Below are positions 28,142 to 41,000 of a stretch of DNA of 64,000 bases, one piece after another (the stretch's first letter is position 1; the number at the start of each line of letters is the position of its first letter). Both the position numbers and the translations under genes were made by a program. The notes beneath the pieces were generated by a model. That model worked only from the letters and a program-made list of their open reading frames with translations, was not told the DNA's origin and made no database searches. The stretch spans positions 2,485,124 through 2,549,123 of the forward strand of contig CM082586.2 of assembly GCA_040954595.2 (NCBI GenBank). The letters are read 5' to 3'. Origin of the DNA: Balanoglossus misakiensis (lineage: Eukaryota; Animalia; Hemichordata).

Positions 28142-30157
28142 AGGTTTAATTCGAAAAGCGCCCTCTGTCGTCAATGAATACATTTTGTGTGACTTGAGTT
28201 GTAGAGGTGTGATTTCTCTTGCTGTGTACGCCCGAATGAGTGTGTATGATGAATGCACAAAGGAATGACAAATGACACACACATTTACTGAAATAGAGTT
28301 TAATATCTTGAATTCTCGCAAAATCTGAACACCAATAACAAGTCACTTGTAAATTGTTGCATCATGGTTTGTGCTAAATGCTCTTTGTCATTGGTCCTTT
28401 GTTGTGAAATCAACACAATCACATGATGATGATAGGAACTGGTAACACTTGCATGATTTACTATGTTGTATAGATAACATGATCACATTATTGGAACTAT
28501 CAAATACAAAACTACATGAACATATGTCTGAAAAATTGCCATGGTTACATGGGTAGAACGATTGAATACAAATCTTTAGTTGTGAAATTGACAACATGAT
28601 TACAGCTTTCAAATTTAAAGTGGAAAACTGGTGACATATTTCTCTGTGTGGAATCATATTATCACATGTTAATTGTGAACTTGACAAGAGAACAGTTTGA
28701 TTATTGCATGAAAATATTTTGTTCGTCTAAATGACATGATTACATGATTAAACTATTTAATTTGAATTGGGGGAACTGTCAAACTTGCAAACAATTTCCT
28801 TTGTTCTGAAATTCTGAAATTGACATGAACACCTGATTAGAAATATCAAATACCAAGTTAGAAACCGGTTTTGCTTGCATGAAAAGTTACTGAAGATTTT
28901 GCAAGGCACATGGTGATCACAAGAAGCTTAGTCTAACTATCCTACAACAATTTCGACATGATCGAACTTGAACATCAAAACACTAACTTGTGAACTACAA
29001 TAACGCAATGAGTAACACGTAATACAAGTTTTTCGAAAACTTTCCTTCTGTAACAGCTGTGTATGTCTAAGGTAAAACAACAGGGGCAGTATGGGACGCG
29101 TACTGAAACATCATGGGTTAAGGGTACACTTGAAAATGGCAGCATCACTCCTGCACATTGGAGATGACATGTTTCTGATAAACGACAAACAGATGAAAGC
29201 AGAATACGGGGGAGGGGGTGTACAAGATCACTCTTAAGCCAACAGGTCAAAGGGTAAAGGTCACACAACACCACATGCAGTTCATGTGCCATACTGTTTC
29301 CCTCAAACTAAAACTTATAAATTCACAAAAACATTAAATTAAGAGATGACATGAGAAAACCATGTACCCCTACACTGAATAAAATATAAAACGTCATAAC
29401 ATGAAAACTAAAAAGAAAATAAACAAGGTTTCTTCCAAAATCCAGACACAAAAATGGCTGTCAGCAGCATATACGTTGTTGGCATCAAAGGCTAAAACCT
29501 ACTACATTTGTATCAGAAAAAAAAAACTGTTTGTGACTTAACTCATGTCTCACAGGACAAACATCAATATGCATAACTGTGTGTGTGTGTCCCTGCTAAT
29601 ACTGTTTGTATTTTCATATTGAATGTTCTCTTATTTGTCACCCGGCAGCAAATGGCTTCTGAAAATACTGTCAAAATATGCAAGAGGGTATTTTCAATGT
29701 AAATGACTGTCATCTTTGCAGATGAGAACTGTAAAACACAGTGATATTAGCCAAGCACTAAGCTTTGCTCAGCCTTGTAGTGATTGACATGTATTAAGTG
29801 TGAGCAGCAAGCCTTGAACACAAGACTTCAATGTGTTTGGTGCATCCTGGCAATGACTGAACATGGTTGATGTAATGAAGTCAGAATGATTCTTTCTTGG
29901 GTTGGTGGAGGGGTGTTCAGAAATCTTCTATCGATAATCTGACACCCCCAGCGCTTACCACAAGTGATGCTGAGAACAACATGGTGATGAGTCATGCCAA
30001 TTACAATAAAGAACACAACAAAAATACTTTTCCAACATAACAGCAGAACTTGAGGCAACAGTATACACAGTACTATCAGCAAATGCTAATATATGGGACA
30101 ACATATGTAAAGTCTATGCTGGACCGGTGCAGTGAGAAAAGCTGTTTCTTTTGTTAT

Positions 30158-33100
30158 CTACGCAAGTGCATTGGCTGAGGTGGTTGGACTTGATGTCTTC
30201 GCATCTGTGTCAACTTTACTCTTTTTGGCAGCGGGAACAGCTCCATCTTCTACGGCTGTGCGTTTCTTCCGCACCCTGAGGTCCTGGCTCGGAACCCGAG
30301 AGCGGACCACATTCCTGCCGTAGCCAACCCTGAAGGAGTTTCCCATCCCCAAGCTCTCCAGGCCGCCGACCTCGCTCTGGAATCTCTTCCGGGCCGACGC
30401 TGCCCCCCGGGCGCTGAACATCCCGATGGTGCTCCACTTCTGGACGAACTCCGGGATGTGGAATACCAGGATGTGGAACTCCAGCGTGATGGCCGGCATG
30501 TGAGCTGGAAGCCAGTAGCCCAGATCCCAGCACAGCTGACACAGGGTGTTGACCTCGCTGTTCCGCAAGAACCGTTTCAGACTGACCAGTCGGTTGATGC
30601 CCGAGAGCTGAGTGAAGACCTCGTGGAACACATTTCTCTGTTCCTCGTGCCCTGCCAGCAGCTTCACAAAGACATCCATATGCAACAGCATGCTCAGGAC
30701 CTGCTGGCGACTCAGCTGAACCGAATCCAGCGACGCGGCCCCAAGCGCCAGTTTCTCCTTGGAGACTCTCACCAGCTCCTTCACCAGAGGCCCTTCCTTG
30801 TCGGCCATCTCCAGCTTCTTGAAGATTTCCGCTTTGTGAGCAAGCTTGTTCTCCAGCTCGCAGTAGCTGGCCTGCAGCTTCTCCGCCTTCTCCGTCAGCT
30901 CGTCCAGAACCGCATCAGCCGAACTCCCAACACCACGGCAACCGACACACTGGAATGGCTGCTTCTTGACCTCCGACTGAGACTGCAGCAGGCTGGCGCA
31001 TGATTTGTGGAACTGCTTGGAACACTCGTGGCACCTCATCAGCGGGACACTCCCCTCACTCTCTATGCAGACAACATTCATGCAAGAACCTTTCTGACCC
31101 AACCCCTTCTTCTTCATTCCCAGGTATCTCTTGACAGCTTGTTGCTTATCGGTGATGGTCAAGAAATCCTGTTTGATAACCTCCAGGTCTGACTTTGTTT
31201 CTCGCATTTCACTCTGCACTTGCGCCCTTTCTGCACTATTGAACTCAAATTTGGACTTGACCCTCTCAGCATTTTGCCCCTCTTCGATCACATCCAGTAA
31301 CCTGCACTCCTTGTACAACAGCGAGAAGACCAGATTCCCCACGCTCGTGATGATGTGATCTACTGGGGGCACGCGCTGAACGTTAGGGACAGGGAGGAGG
31401 CCCTCATCGACAATACCAAAACCCATACTGGGGGGGACGGCCGGGCGTCTGGCCGCGAACGTACACGCATGGTACGGCTCCCAGGTCTTGTCATCCTCTG
31501 CCAGTTGGTAGGGAGTGTGGGGCAAGCCGTATTTGAGACTGCGGAGACACACCATGCACCATATGCAAGGGTGAGTGGCAGACCTGCCCTCGTGACCGAT
31601 GGAGTCGCAGAGAAACTCATACTCCCCTGCACAGAACACTCTGACTGCTGTTTGCTTCGGACCTTGGGATTCTTGGCCTGTGAGCAGACCGATGGTACCC
31701 TTGCGGGGCACTTGTAACTTCTCTTGGAGGCCCCGCTGGAAGATCATTTCTGCATTACCACGGCTGTAGTTTGCTTCGACATAACCTAGAAGGCGGTCGC
31801 CGACCTTGACCTTGCTGTTCACGACCTTCGCTGTCAGGGTCATGCTCTTGTTGTGGCTGAGGGCAGAAATCTGCATCCAGACTGATTTGTCCGGGAAGTT
31901 GGTGGGCTGGAAGACGATCTTCTTGTCCACCACGGCCACCTGGACGATGTCTGATATTTCTTTCTTGATGGCCTTGACTTTGAAGTACCTGACAGCAGAG
32001 AGCTCTGTGGCGGTCTTGGTCAGTGATAACATCTCCATGCCAATTTCAATCGCTCTTGGTGATGAGTCTACATCACCTTTAAAGACACAAATAAAATAGG
32101 TGATGTGTTATTATTATTATAGTGTATGAACCAGGCACTGAATGATGAGTGCGCTAGCAAAAACGTTGGATGAAATACTTACAAAGTGTTGCATATGGAG
32201 TCTTCTTCAGTGATGGGAAAATCTTGATTCCGTTGTGAACAAGGGCTTGCTTCAGTCTCTGAAGTTTGGTGCGGTTCAGATTCAGCATCATTTTCAGATC
32301 AGCTGTCTGGCGTTTTGTCAGTTCTGAGGAAAAAGAAAGCGAAAATTGTTCAAGGATCAACGTATGAACATCTTTCCGTATTTTTCCATTCTCTATTTAA
32401 AGTCACGTACATATGGATGAATGGACAGCAGTGTTTCAAAATGGCGGCCAGTAAGCGCTGTTGTCCCTGACAACAGCGTGAACTTACTCTGGAGACGAGT
32501 GGATGTGCCTGCACTCTGGTATGCTTTCTGAAACATCTTATGATTCCTACTGATGAACATCCTCAGAGAGGCCAGAAGATCTTCCTCTTTGACAACTGCA
32601 CCACCTTCTGATGACACACACTTCCACATCTGACAAGAACAAGAGATGTAAACATAAACAATGCACTTTACACGGACACATATTTTGTTGACAAACTACA
32701 TTTGTTATACATGCCAAAATATTTAGTTATATTATATAAGTTACAGTTATTCATCCATTTAATGAAAAAAATTTACTCACATGTTCAATACACTGCACCT
32801 TGCTTTTGACTGGTGCATTCTTTGCATATACAGCTTGAATCCAAAGCTTATCATTGTATAGACTGCTGACGGCCCCATACTGCCGCAACTTCACTTGTTT
32901 GTCGTTCAGGGACCAGCGAATAATCTCTGCCAATTTCTTGTCCGAGGTCTTTTTGCTGACTTCTTTCCAGGACGCAGTCCTCTGTGAGAGCTGATGAAAT
33001 ATGAACATACAGAGACTCGTTAGTGAAATTAAGTCGACTGCCCTCTATTGGTGAGAAGATCCACTTCCCTTGTTTAAGAGGATGGTGACTATGTGGAAAA

Positions 33101-34789
33101 TTTCACACTGATGGCCAGATTGGCCAGGACAATACTGATGGTGTATTTCAACACTTCCAGTCTACCACTATTCATTGTAACACCTTCACCAGCCCCCTTT
33201 TCATAAGTCTACCGCCATCAGGCAGCCATCATGAATTTGAACTCAAAGCGAGGCCAATGGGGAAAGTTGACCAATCACATCAAGGGTGTTTCCCCCATTC
33301 GCCTCGCTGTGAGTTAAAATTCATGAGGTCGCTATTAGTAGACTTATGAAAATGGTGTATCTCGACGAGATTTTCCTACCTTAACGGCCAAATCGTTGAT
33401 ATGCTTGTCAGCTGCCACAATAGCACTGGAAACAGTGCTTTCATAACTAGATGTACTTGAGGCACTCAGGCTGTCTTTCCAATCCTTCCGGGCGAAAAAG
33501 TTGGACTTCTCCATCTGGATTCGCAGACGCTCCTTGGCTGACACCTGCTGTCGCTCTTTCTCCTTCACCCGAGTCTTGAGTTCCTTGAGTTGTTCGAAGA
33601 GCGCTGCCGCATGCCTGTTCTTGGTGTCTTCCAGAGTGGACAAGGCTTCTCTCTTCTCTTTCTTGAAACCCTTGGACATATCCATGTTGGTGATCTTCAG
33701 CTCAGTGATCTCGCATTGCAGGTCAGTGATCTCGGCCCGCATGTCGCGAATCATGACCTGGCCGTCACTGATGTCCAACTGGGCTGCCTCGTGCCTGGAT
33801 TCCAGCCGTTCCAGTTTTCCCACTAACGCTGTGACCCCGTTACTCACCATGTCCAGGTTCTTCTTCACAGACTTGATTTCTCTGCTACTTTTTAAGGCTG
33901 AAACGGTGCTCTCCAGGGCAGCAGTGATTTTCTTCTGCAGCATCTTCCCATCTATCCGTTCCTCCTCATCCTCCTCCTTCTTCTTCTCCTCTTCCTCCAC
34001 AGCATCTTCTCCGTCTCCCTCCTCCATCTTTACCACTGGACCTTCAAATTGTTCCTTTTTCACTTCACTGATCGTCACGTTTCGACGTAGCCGTTCCAAC
34101 GACTGTTTCAGACGAGTGTTCTCCTCCACCTGCGCCTGCAGCTTCTTTTGCAAGTTCAAACATTCTTTACACGTGATGACGTACACGTCAATGTCATATG
34201 GTGGAGAGTCATTCACAACTACAACCTGGCAATTGGAGATACAATCAAAACAGAGAAAGTCTTGTAAAATACTTATTGGAGCTCTTGAAAAAAACAACTG
34301 CCTAGTGATATCATAAAACAGACACCAAGTACAGTTTTCAGAAGTTGATCATTTACACTTCATAATGCCGCAAGAAAACGTAAACAACTGAACACTGCCA
34401 CGCCTATAAATGCAGATACAACCTTCCACTTACAGACTCTAGAGGGCGTTACTTTCGTGTAGGGAAATGTTACATTCTCTGAATTTTCCAAGCGAAATTC
34501 GAGCAATGTGCGTGATTTCAGTTTTGAGTTGTGACGACATTTTCATCATCAGATCCACAAGACGACAATCCTCGATTTTCAGAAACAAAGTCACCGCCGA
34601 TCGCTCATTACGGCCTCGTTCAGCGCTGCACGCATGTTTACAGGATATCAAATCAATGCCGATTCAGCTGGGCTCCCTCGAGGCGAAACTAGAAGTCCCT
34701 CGTTTCGAACTATGCGAAGTGATCGAGCTACTTACCCATCCCGGGCGATCTTCCGGGTTATCGGGAAGCTGTAGGTGGATGTCTTTCAT
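30158..34789 (-). CDS. Domesticated RAG1/Transib/Chapaev-like transposase-derived protein with N-terminal coiled coil and inserted PHD finger; 6 exons (34789-34736, 34225-33380, 32990-32781, 32629-32488, 32323-32183, 32076-30158), ~1103 aa
   Basis: Exons splice GT-AG in phases 0,0,0,1,1 into a 3312-nt open frame. Motifs: LTKRQTADLKMMLNLNRTKLQRLKQALVHNGIKIFPSL (resembles the RAG1/Transib segment just before the RNase H fold); VFCAGEYEFLCDSIGHEGRSATHPCIWC (DDE second-Asp region plus CxxC); PPVDHII; ITLEFHILVFHIPEFVQKWSTIGMFSARGAAS (HxxxxH Zn ligands plus third-Glu region, cf. RAG1 [32 protein letters not shown]); C4HC3 finger at 31084-30938. Confidence 0.8.
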
Positions 34790-35090
34790 TGCTGATTTTC
34801 AAAACTCCGCTATAAACTGAGGGAGAAAATCGCACCCTGACTTCTCCACCTCAATCCATAGCGTGCCTGTCCCACTGTCAAGCGTGAGTCCCCACAATGC
34901 ACTGTAAATATTTCTCACGCGTGCGCAAAGAGCTGATCCCACGAGCGCTGCAAAACCTTTCTGTAACTTGAGGTAGTATAGGATAAATTTAACGTACGGT
35001 TCTTGCAGATTTCTTGGTGAAGATACTAGACTCTGTCCGCGACTTGAAAGGCAGATATAGCGGGGACGAGTGTGTGCTGCAAGAAAAACC
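34790..35090. promoter_or_regulatory. Bidirectional promoter between the RAG1-like gene and CAND1
   Basis: Only 301 bp separate the two divergent ATGs (34789 minus, 35091 plus); the region is CpG-rich relative to the introns. Confidence 0.7.
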
Positions 35091-38000
35091 ATGGCGTCGG
35101 TTTCGTACCATATCTCCAATCTTTTGGAGAAGGTGGGTACTTTTCTCACGATGTTATGTGCGCAGCCATTTTGATTTTCAGGGCTCAGGGAGGCATTTGG
35201 CATGTTACTGATGGAGGGACAGTTTTAGAGCGAACATTGAATGAAAATCTTGGTATGTTTGGAGATCTACAGAAGTTCACAATGCAATTAATTAGTTTGA
35301 TCCTTATAATTGTACCCATTGATGTATTTTGTTCAGTTTCACATATATTTTATTCACCAAAATAAAAGTCCACTTGTGATTCTAATAGCCCTTCCTATAA
35401 AAAATAAACAGTAATCCCTATAATGCGTTTACTTGTATGTTTGTTGTGATAGAGAGGTGTGATGGAAGCTAAGCTGCTTTGGTGTTTTGGAAGATTAATT
35501 ACTGTAAACATTGCATGTTGTTAAAAGTTATAATTTATAATATATGGTGACAACATGCATCTGCTATTGTAACCAGGAAGTCCAACACTTTGCTTTGTCT
35601 CTGATACATACATTGACCTTGCAAACAAAATAATCTGTTCTTGGTGGTTGTGTTGGTGTGTCTTTGCAGATGACATCCAGTGATAAGGATTTTCGATTCA
35701 TGGCCACAAATGATTTGATGTCAGAGCTGCAGAAAGATTCAATAAAGCTTGATGATGACAGTGAGAGAAAGGTATGTATACAGATGAGTGGACTGTTATA
35801 TGTTAATGAGGTGTTAACTTTGTATTTGCATAGTCAATTACTTTTGCTAATTAGCTGTGCAGAAACTATGGGTAGGACTTGCAGGCTCCTTTTCAGAGGT
35901 TGTCAGTTTGCTAACTTTTTCAAATTAATACATTTTCGTTTCTGTCAGTTTAACATATATAACTGCCACTTGGAAAATAAATATACCCACAGTTGCTGAT
36001 TAATTTGACAACTTTTGTCCCGTCAAGGTCGTCAAAATGTTATTGAAACTGCTTGAAGACAAAAATGGAGAGGTGCAAAACTTAGCTGTAAAATGGTAAA
36101 TTTATTTTGCTTTTTCTTGTTTTGATTGAGTTACTTTGTTGGTTAAAATCCAGTGTGTGATCCAGCATGCCAAAATAAGGAAGATTAACTGATCCTCTGT
36201 GACATCATAGATTCTGTAAATTTGCCTACAGCCTTGGTCCACTGGTAAGCAAAGTCAAAGAATACCAGGTAGAAACCATTGTGGATACTCTGTGTAGCAA
36301 CATGCTGTCAGATAAAGAACAACTGAGGGACATATCAAGCATAGGTAAGTTATAATTGCTGTGACTCCCGGGTCAGTTACATACATAGACATTTACCCAC
36401 CAAACACTTGCCATAACCCCCATATATGATCATGTCATCATTTGGTGTCTATTATTTGTAGGACTGAAGACAGTTATCAATGAGCTGCCTCCAGCGTCCT
36501 CCCCATTGGCTGCCAATATTTGTAAGAGAATTACTGGAAGGCTGACCAGTGCCATTGCAAAGGTGAGAATAGAAACATATACTGGTATACTGTTTATAAA
36601 GTATTTATAAACTTGATATGTATTATTAAAGATATGTTTATTTCATAAACTACCAGTGTTCTTGATGGTATTTTATTATTTTCTCCGTTAACAGCAGGAG
36701 GATGTATCGGTACAGTTAGAGGCACTAGACATTCTAGGAGATTTGTTGAGCAGATTTGGAGGTAAGAAAGTTTGTCATATAACAGAAAAAGATTACATAA
36801 TGATATTAATGATTTAAATGATTAAGCATGAAAAAGAAACCATCTTCTTTTGCTCCTTGTAGGATTATTGCTGACCTTCCATCCGTCAATCCAGGCCAGC
36901 TTGCTTCCTCAGTTGACAAGTCCGCGTCTTGCAGTCAGGAAGAGATCCATCATTGCCATCGGTAAGTTCACACATATATTGGCAACTAATAGTTGCTGGA
37001 CTATATTTTTGTATGTTGTACCAATTTCAAATATTATGCCTCATCAACAATTACTAATTCTTTGCATTTCTTTTTTCAGGACATCTTGTTGTTAGTTGTA
37101 ACAATGCACTATTTGTGGAACTCATGGATAGTTTACTGTCAGAACTTGGTAAAAATGCCAGTGTGTCAACTACCAGGACGTACATACAATGTATTGGTGC
37201 TATTAGGTAAGACTGGTATACTGTTAAAAAAGAGGTTTGTCAAGATGGAGTTGCTTAAAATAATCCGAGCATTCATATCGAGAAATGATGCGCCCACATA
37301 ACCTGATACTAGTGGTTTGTAAAGATGTTGATTTGCTAGAATTACTGCTCTGACTGAACCTTTCATTGATGTTTTCATCGTTAGTCGTCAGGCCGGTCAT
37401 CGTATTGGTGAACACCTGCAGAGAATCATACCACTCGTCATTAAATTCTGCAAAGAGGAAGATGATGATGAACTGAGAGAGTATTGTATACAGGTAATTA
37501 CAGTTCCAAGTAGTGGTGTGGTATATCTGTACTGTACACTTCAATCTTCTGAGTACTGGCAAAACTGTGAAGTTGCAGTCAAGTGTGATGGCAACCTGAC
37601 CATTGTCAAAATAGATTGTTTTCTTTATTATTTTGAAATGCGATGCCATTCCATGAGTTCTCCTAATAGAATATTTCACTCCTCCAGGCTTTTGAGTCTT
37701 TTGTAAGACGCTGTCCCAAGGAGGTAGCACCACACGTTCCTACAGTAAGTATGTTTTGTCTGTTGTACAAAAGTTCTTCCATTCTGTGACGATGGAGAAA
37801 AGAAACACTCAATATTTCAGCTGTTCGTGTCAAACTTTTTTGCATCTTGAATGATATTCTAGCATGCTCATTTTCCTCTTCCTTTTATCAGATTATTGGG
37901 TTGTGTCTAGAGTACATCTGTTATGATCCCAATTACAACTATGAAAGTGATGAGGATGAGGATGCCATGGACGCAGAGGATGAAGATGAAGAAGCGTAAG

Positions 38001-41000
38001 TTACCATGGCAACATATTAGTACATCTTTGAGACTTCCCTGTGTAGATTTTGATTATACCTATTATGATTGAAAAGGCCAGGAATGGGAGTATGAAATTT
38101 TACTTTTGTGTGTTGCAGGGAGAGTGATGATGAGTACAGTGATGATGACGACATGAGTTGGAAAGTCAGACGTGCTTCAGCTAAGTGCTTGGATGCCATC
38201 TTTGCCTGCCGTACGGAGATGATGGCCGATTTCTACAAGACTGTGTCTCCAGCCTTGATTTCAAGGTTCAAAGGTCAGTGGGTCAATCAGTGTGTGTGGG
38301 GTCTTCATGACTTGTGTCTGCAAGAGTGACTGCAATACTAGATTTTCAATTCAGCACTCAGAGGGTTAAACGTATGCAGTACTTGTTCAGTGTCAGTCCT
38401 TTCACTTCAAGCTGCAATCTGAATTCCCTGATCTGTCTTCTTTCACAGAGCGTGAGGAGAATGTGAAATCCGATATTTTCCATGGTTACATAACACTGCT
38501 GAAGCAAACCAAACCAATGCAGAGTGGATTGGTTGACCCAGATGCTATGGAACAGGAAGACACGTAAGTAGCAGCTGTAGAAAATTTTTGTTTTGGGTGG
38601 CAAAATAAAAGTATAGCTAGTTACAAGTAGCATTTGAGCACATTATATTTATGCAAGTATAGGTACATACTTCTGTCGCTTTAGATATACAAGTACTGTA
38701 TAATCCCAAAGGCTTCATGATTTTCCTTCTGTTCCTGCTTGCAGGCCTGTTGTGATGCTACGTAGCCAAGTCTCCAGCATCGTCAAAGCCCTACACAAAC
38801 AACTGAAAGAGAAGAGTATCAAGACAAGGCAGGGATGTTTTGCTTTGCTGACCGAGTTAGTCAATGTCATCCCAGGTGTACTATCAGAACACATCGGTGT
38901 CTTGGTACCAGGCATACAGTTCTCATTAGGGTGAGTACGAGTTGTAACCTAGGAGAGGTCTTTCTGATATCACAGAGGGATGTACCTGAATTAATTGTGT
39001 TGTTGTTATTATTGTTGTTTACAGGGATAAGAACAGCAGCTCCAACATGAAGATTGACACGCTAGCTTTCCTACACACTGTCATGTCAAACCACCCTCCC
39101 CATGTGTTCCATCCGCACATAAGCCAGCTTGTACCGGTAAGTACTAATACAGAATGTGTTCAGAATATTCAGTGCTTCCACAGTTAGTACAGCATTCATA
39201 TGAAATTTGGAACAATTCATATCCTGTTATTTTCTTTATCACTAGCCCATTGTACACTCTGTGGGTGATCCATTTTACAAGATAACCTCGGAAGCACTGC
39301 TTGTCACACAAACCATGGTGAAGGTCATCAGGCCACTAAGTAAGTACCAACAAGATCCAATGTCTTGTTTAGATTAATTTCATTTAAATGTACCCTTGAA
39401 GTGTTTCACTGACAAATATTAACTGTCTAGCTGGAGACAATTGTGTAATATTATCAATGATTGGTTTTATTTCTGATAGATGTGCAAAGTAAATTTGATT
39501 TTACTCCGTACGTGCTGGATCTGTACGGCTGCACCTTTACCAGACTGAAGGCTGCGGACATCGATCAAGAAGTGAAGGAGAGGGCTATCTCTTGCATGTA
39601 AGTGTCATCATGGTTTTACGACCCAGTAGGAATTCTGTCAAAAGGCCACTGAATTTGTGGTATTGTCATCATTTAGACAGCCTAATGAGACACAGTTTCA
39701 TCACGTCTGATCGGGTGTTATATGTACATTTATTTCAGGGGTCAGATAATTTGCAACCTTGGTGATCAACTCAAGAATGAACTGCGAACCTGCTTGCCGA
39801 TATTTCTCGACCGGTTGAAGAATGAAATCACTAGGTTGACAACCGTGAAGGCCTTGACCTTGATAGCTGGTTCACCATTGATGATTGACCTTCGGCCAAT
39901 CTTGGTATGTAGTTGAATTGTGAAGCTGACAATTCATCCTTTCTGTGTGCTCAGGACAGAATATCGATGTTTTGAAAACATATTGGATTTCGGAAAATGT
40001 AAATTCTTTATAATGATTCCTATATTTCTAAATTCTATTATTTGCAGGGAGAAGGTGTACCTATTCTCGCATCTTTCCTCCGTAAGAATCATCGTGCTTT
40101 GAAATTGAGTACTCTACACTGCCTAGATGTACTCATGAAGAATTACGGTAAAAATTAGTTGTTCTCCATCGACATTTTCATTTGCTTTATACGAATATAC
40201 ATGTACAAGCATAAGCCACTGTTAAAAGCATCTTGAGCAATTTGTCTGCCTTATGATTTTGTTTCAGGTCCTGCACTAACCACCAGCATGATTGACGGAA
40301 TATTAGCTGAATGTCCACCTCTCATCAATGAGAGTGATCTACATGTCTCCCAGGTAATCAGTCTGTCAAGGACAATTTAGGATATAATTCAGATACATGT
40401 ATTGTCAGAGGAGTATTTATATACTATGTAGTATGGCCCTCCTTACAAGACAGTGTGTTTTGAAGACTTCTGTAAAGAAAAACTTTCTCAATTATGCTCA
40501 CTGTAGACAAACTTGACTTGTGTAATAATGCTCTCTGTTTGTGTTTCAGCTGACAATGCATCTGTTGACATCAATATCTAAGGTACACAGTAGTTGTATG
40601 GCTCGAATTGACCGGACCATACTACCTGAGGTCTTTGTCTTGGTTAGGTCGCCTCTGCTGCAAGGTAAGTATTTATGAGTTCTTGGATGGTCAAACTTCA
40701 AAATTCATGATCTGTAGAAACATCACCGATTTTGTACAACAAATGAATAGTGGCTTTAATGGATAATTTTCTGTTCTCATGACAGGCAGTGCACTGAATG
40801 CAATGTTGGAGTTTTTCCAGGCCCTTGTAGCCACAGGCTCACCTAAGATGGGTTTCAGAGAGTTGCTACAGGTAAGGAATACACTGGATGGTGTTGTGGG
40901 CTGCTTCAGATTGTGTTACAGTTAGCCTCTGAGAAATCTCTGTAGTATGAAGGAATGCTTTTGTGATGCAGTATTGAATAAAATCATTTAGCTGCCGTGT

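Noticed and set aside
29737-29775. RSS heptamer CACAGTG just downstream of the RAG1-like gene
   Set aside because: No ACAAAAACC-like nonamer at 12- or 23-bp spacing and no partner inverted repeat found; a 7-mer is expected by chance in 64 kb.
30158-32038. Calling the 626-aa ORF an active transposon or a true RAG1 ortholog
   Set aside because: DDE positions are substituted, and there are no TIRs/TSD, no RING or adjacent RAG2-like kelch gene. It is the last exon of a spliced gene.
30132-32099. Several long plus-strand ORFs (e.g. 30458-31003)
   Set aside because: Antisense shadows of the GC-rich RAG1-like exon.
33501-34316. 271-aa plus-strand ORF rich in Ser/Phe
   Set aside because: Antisense mirror of the Glu/Lys-rich coiled-coil exon.
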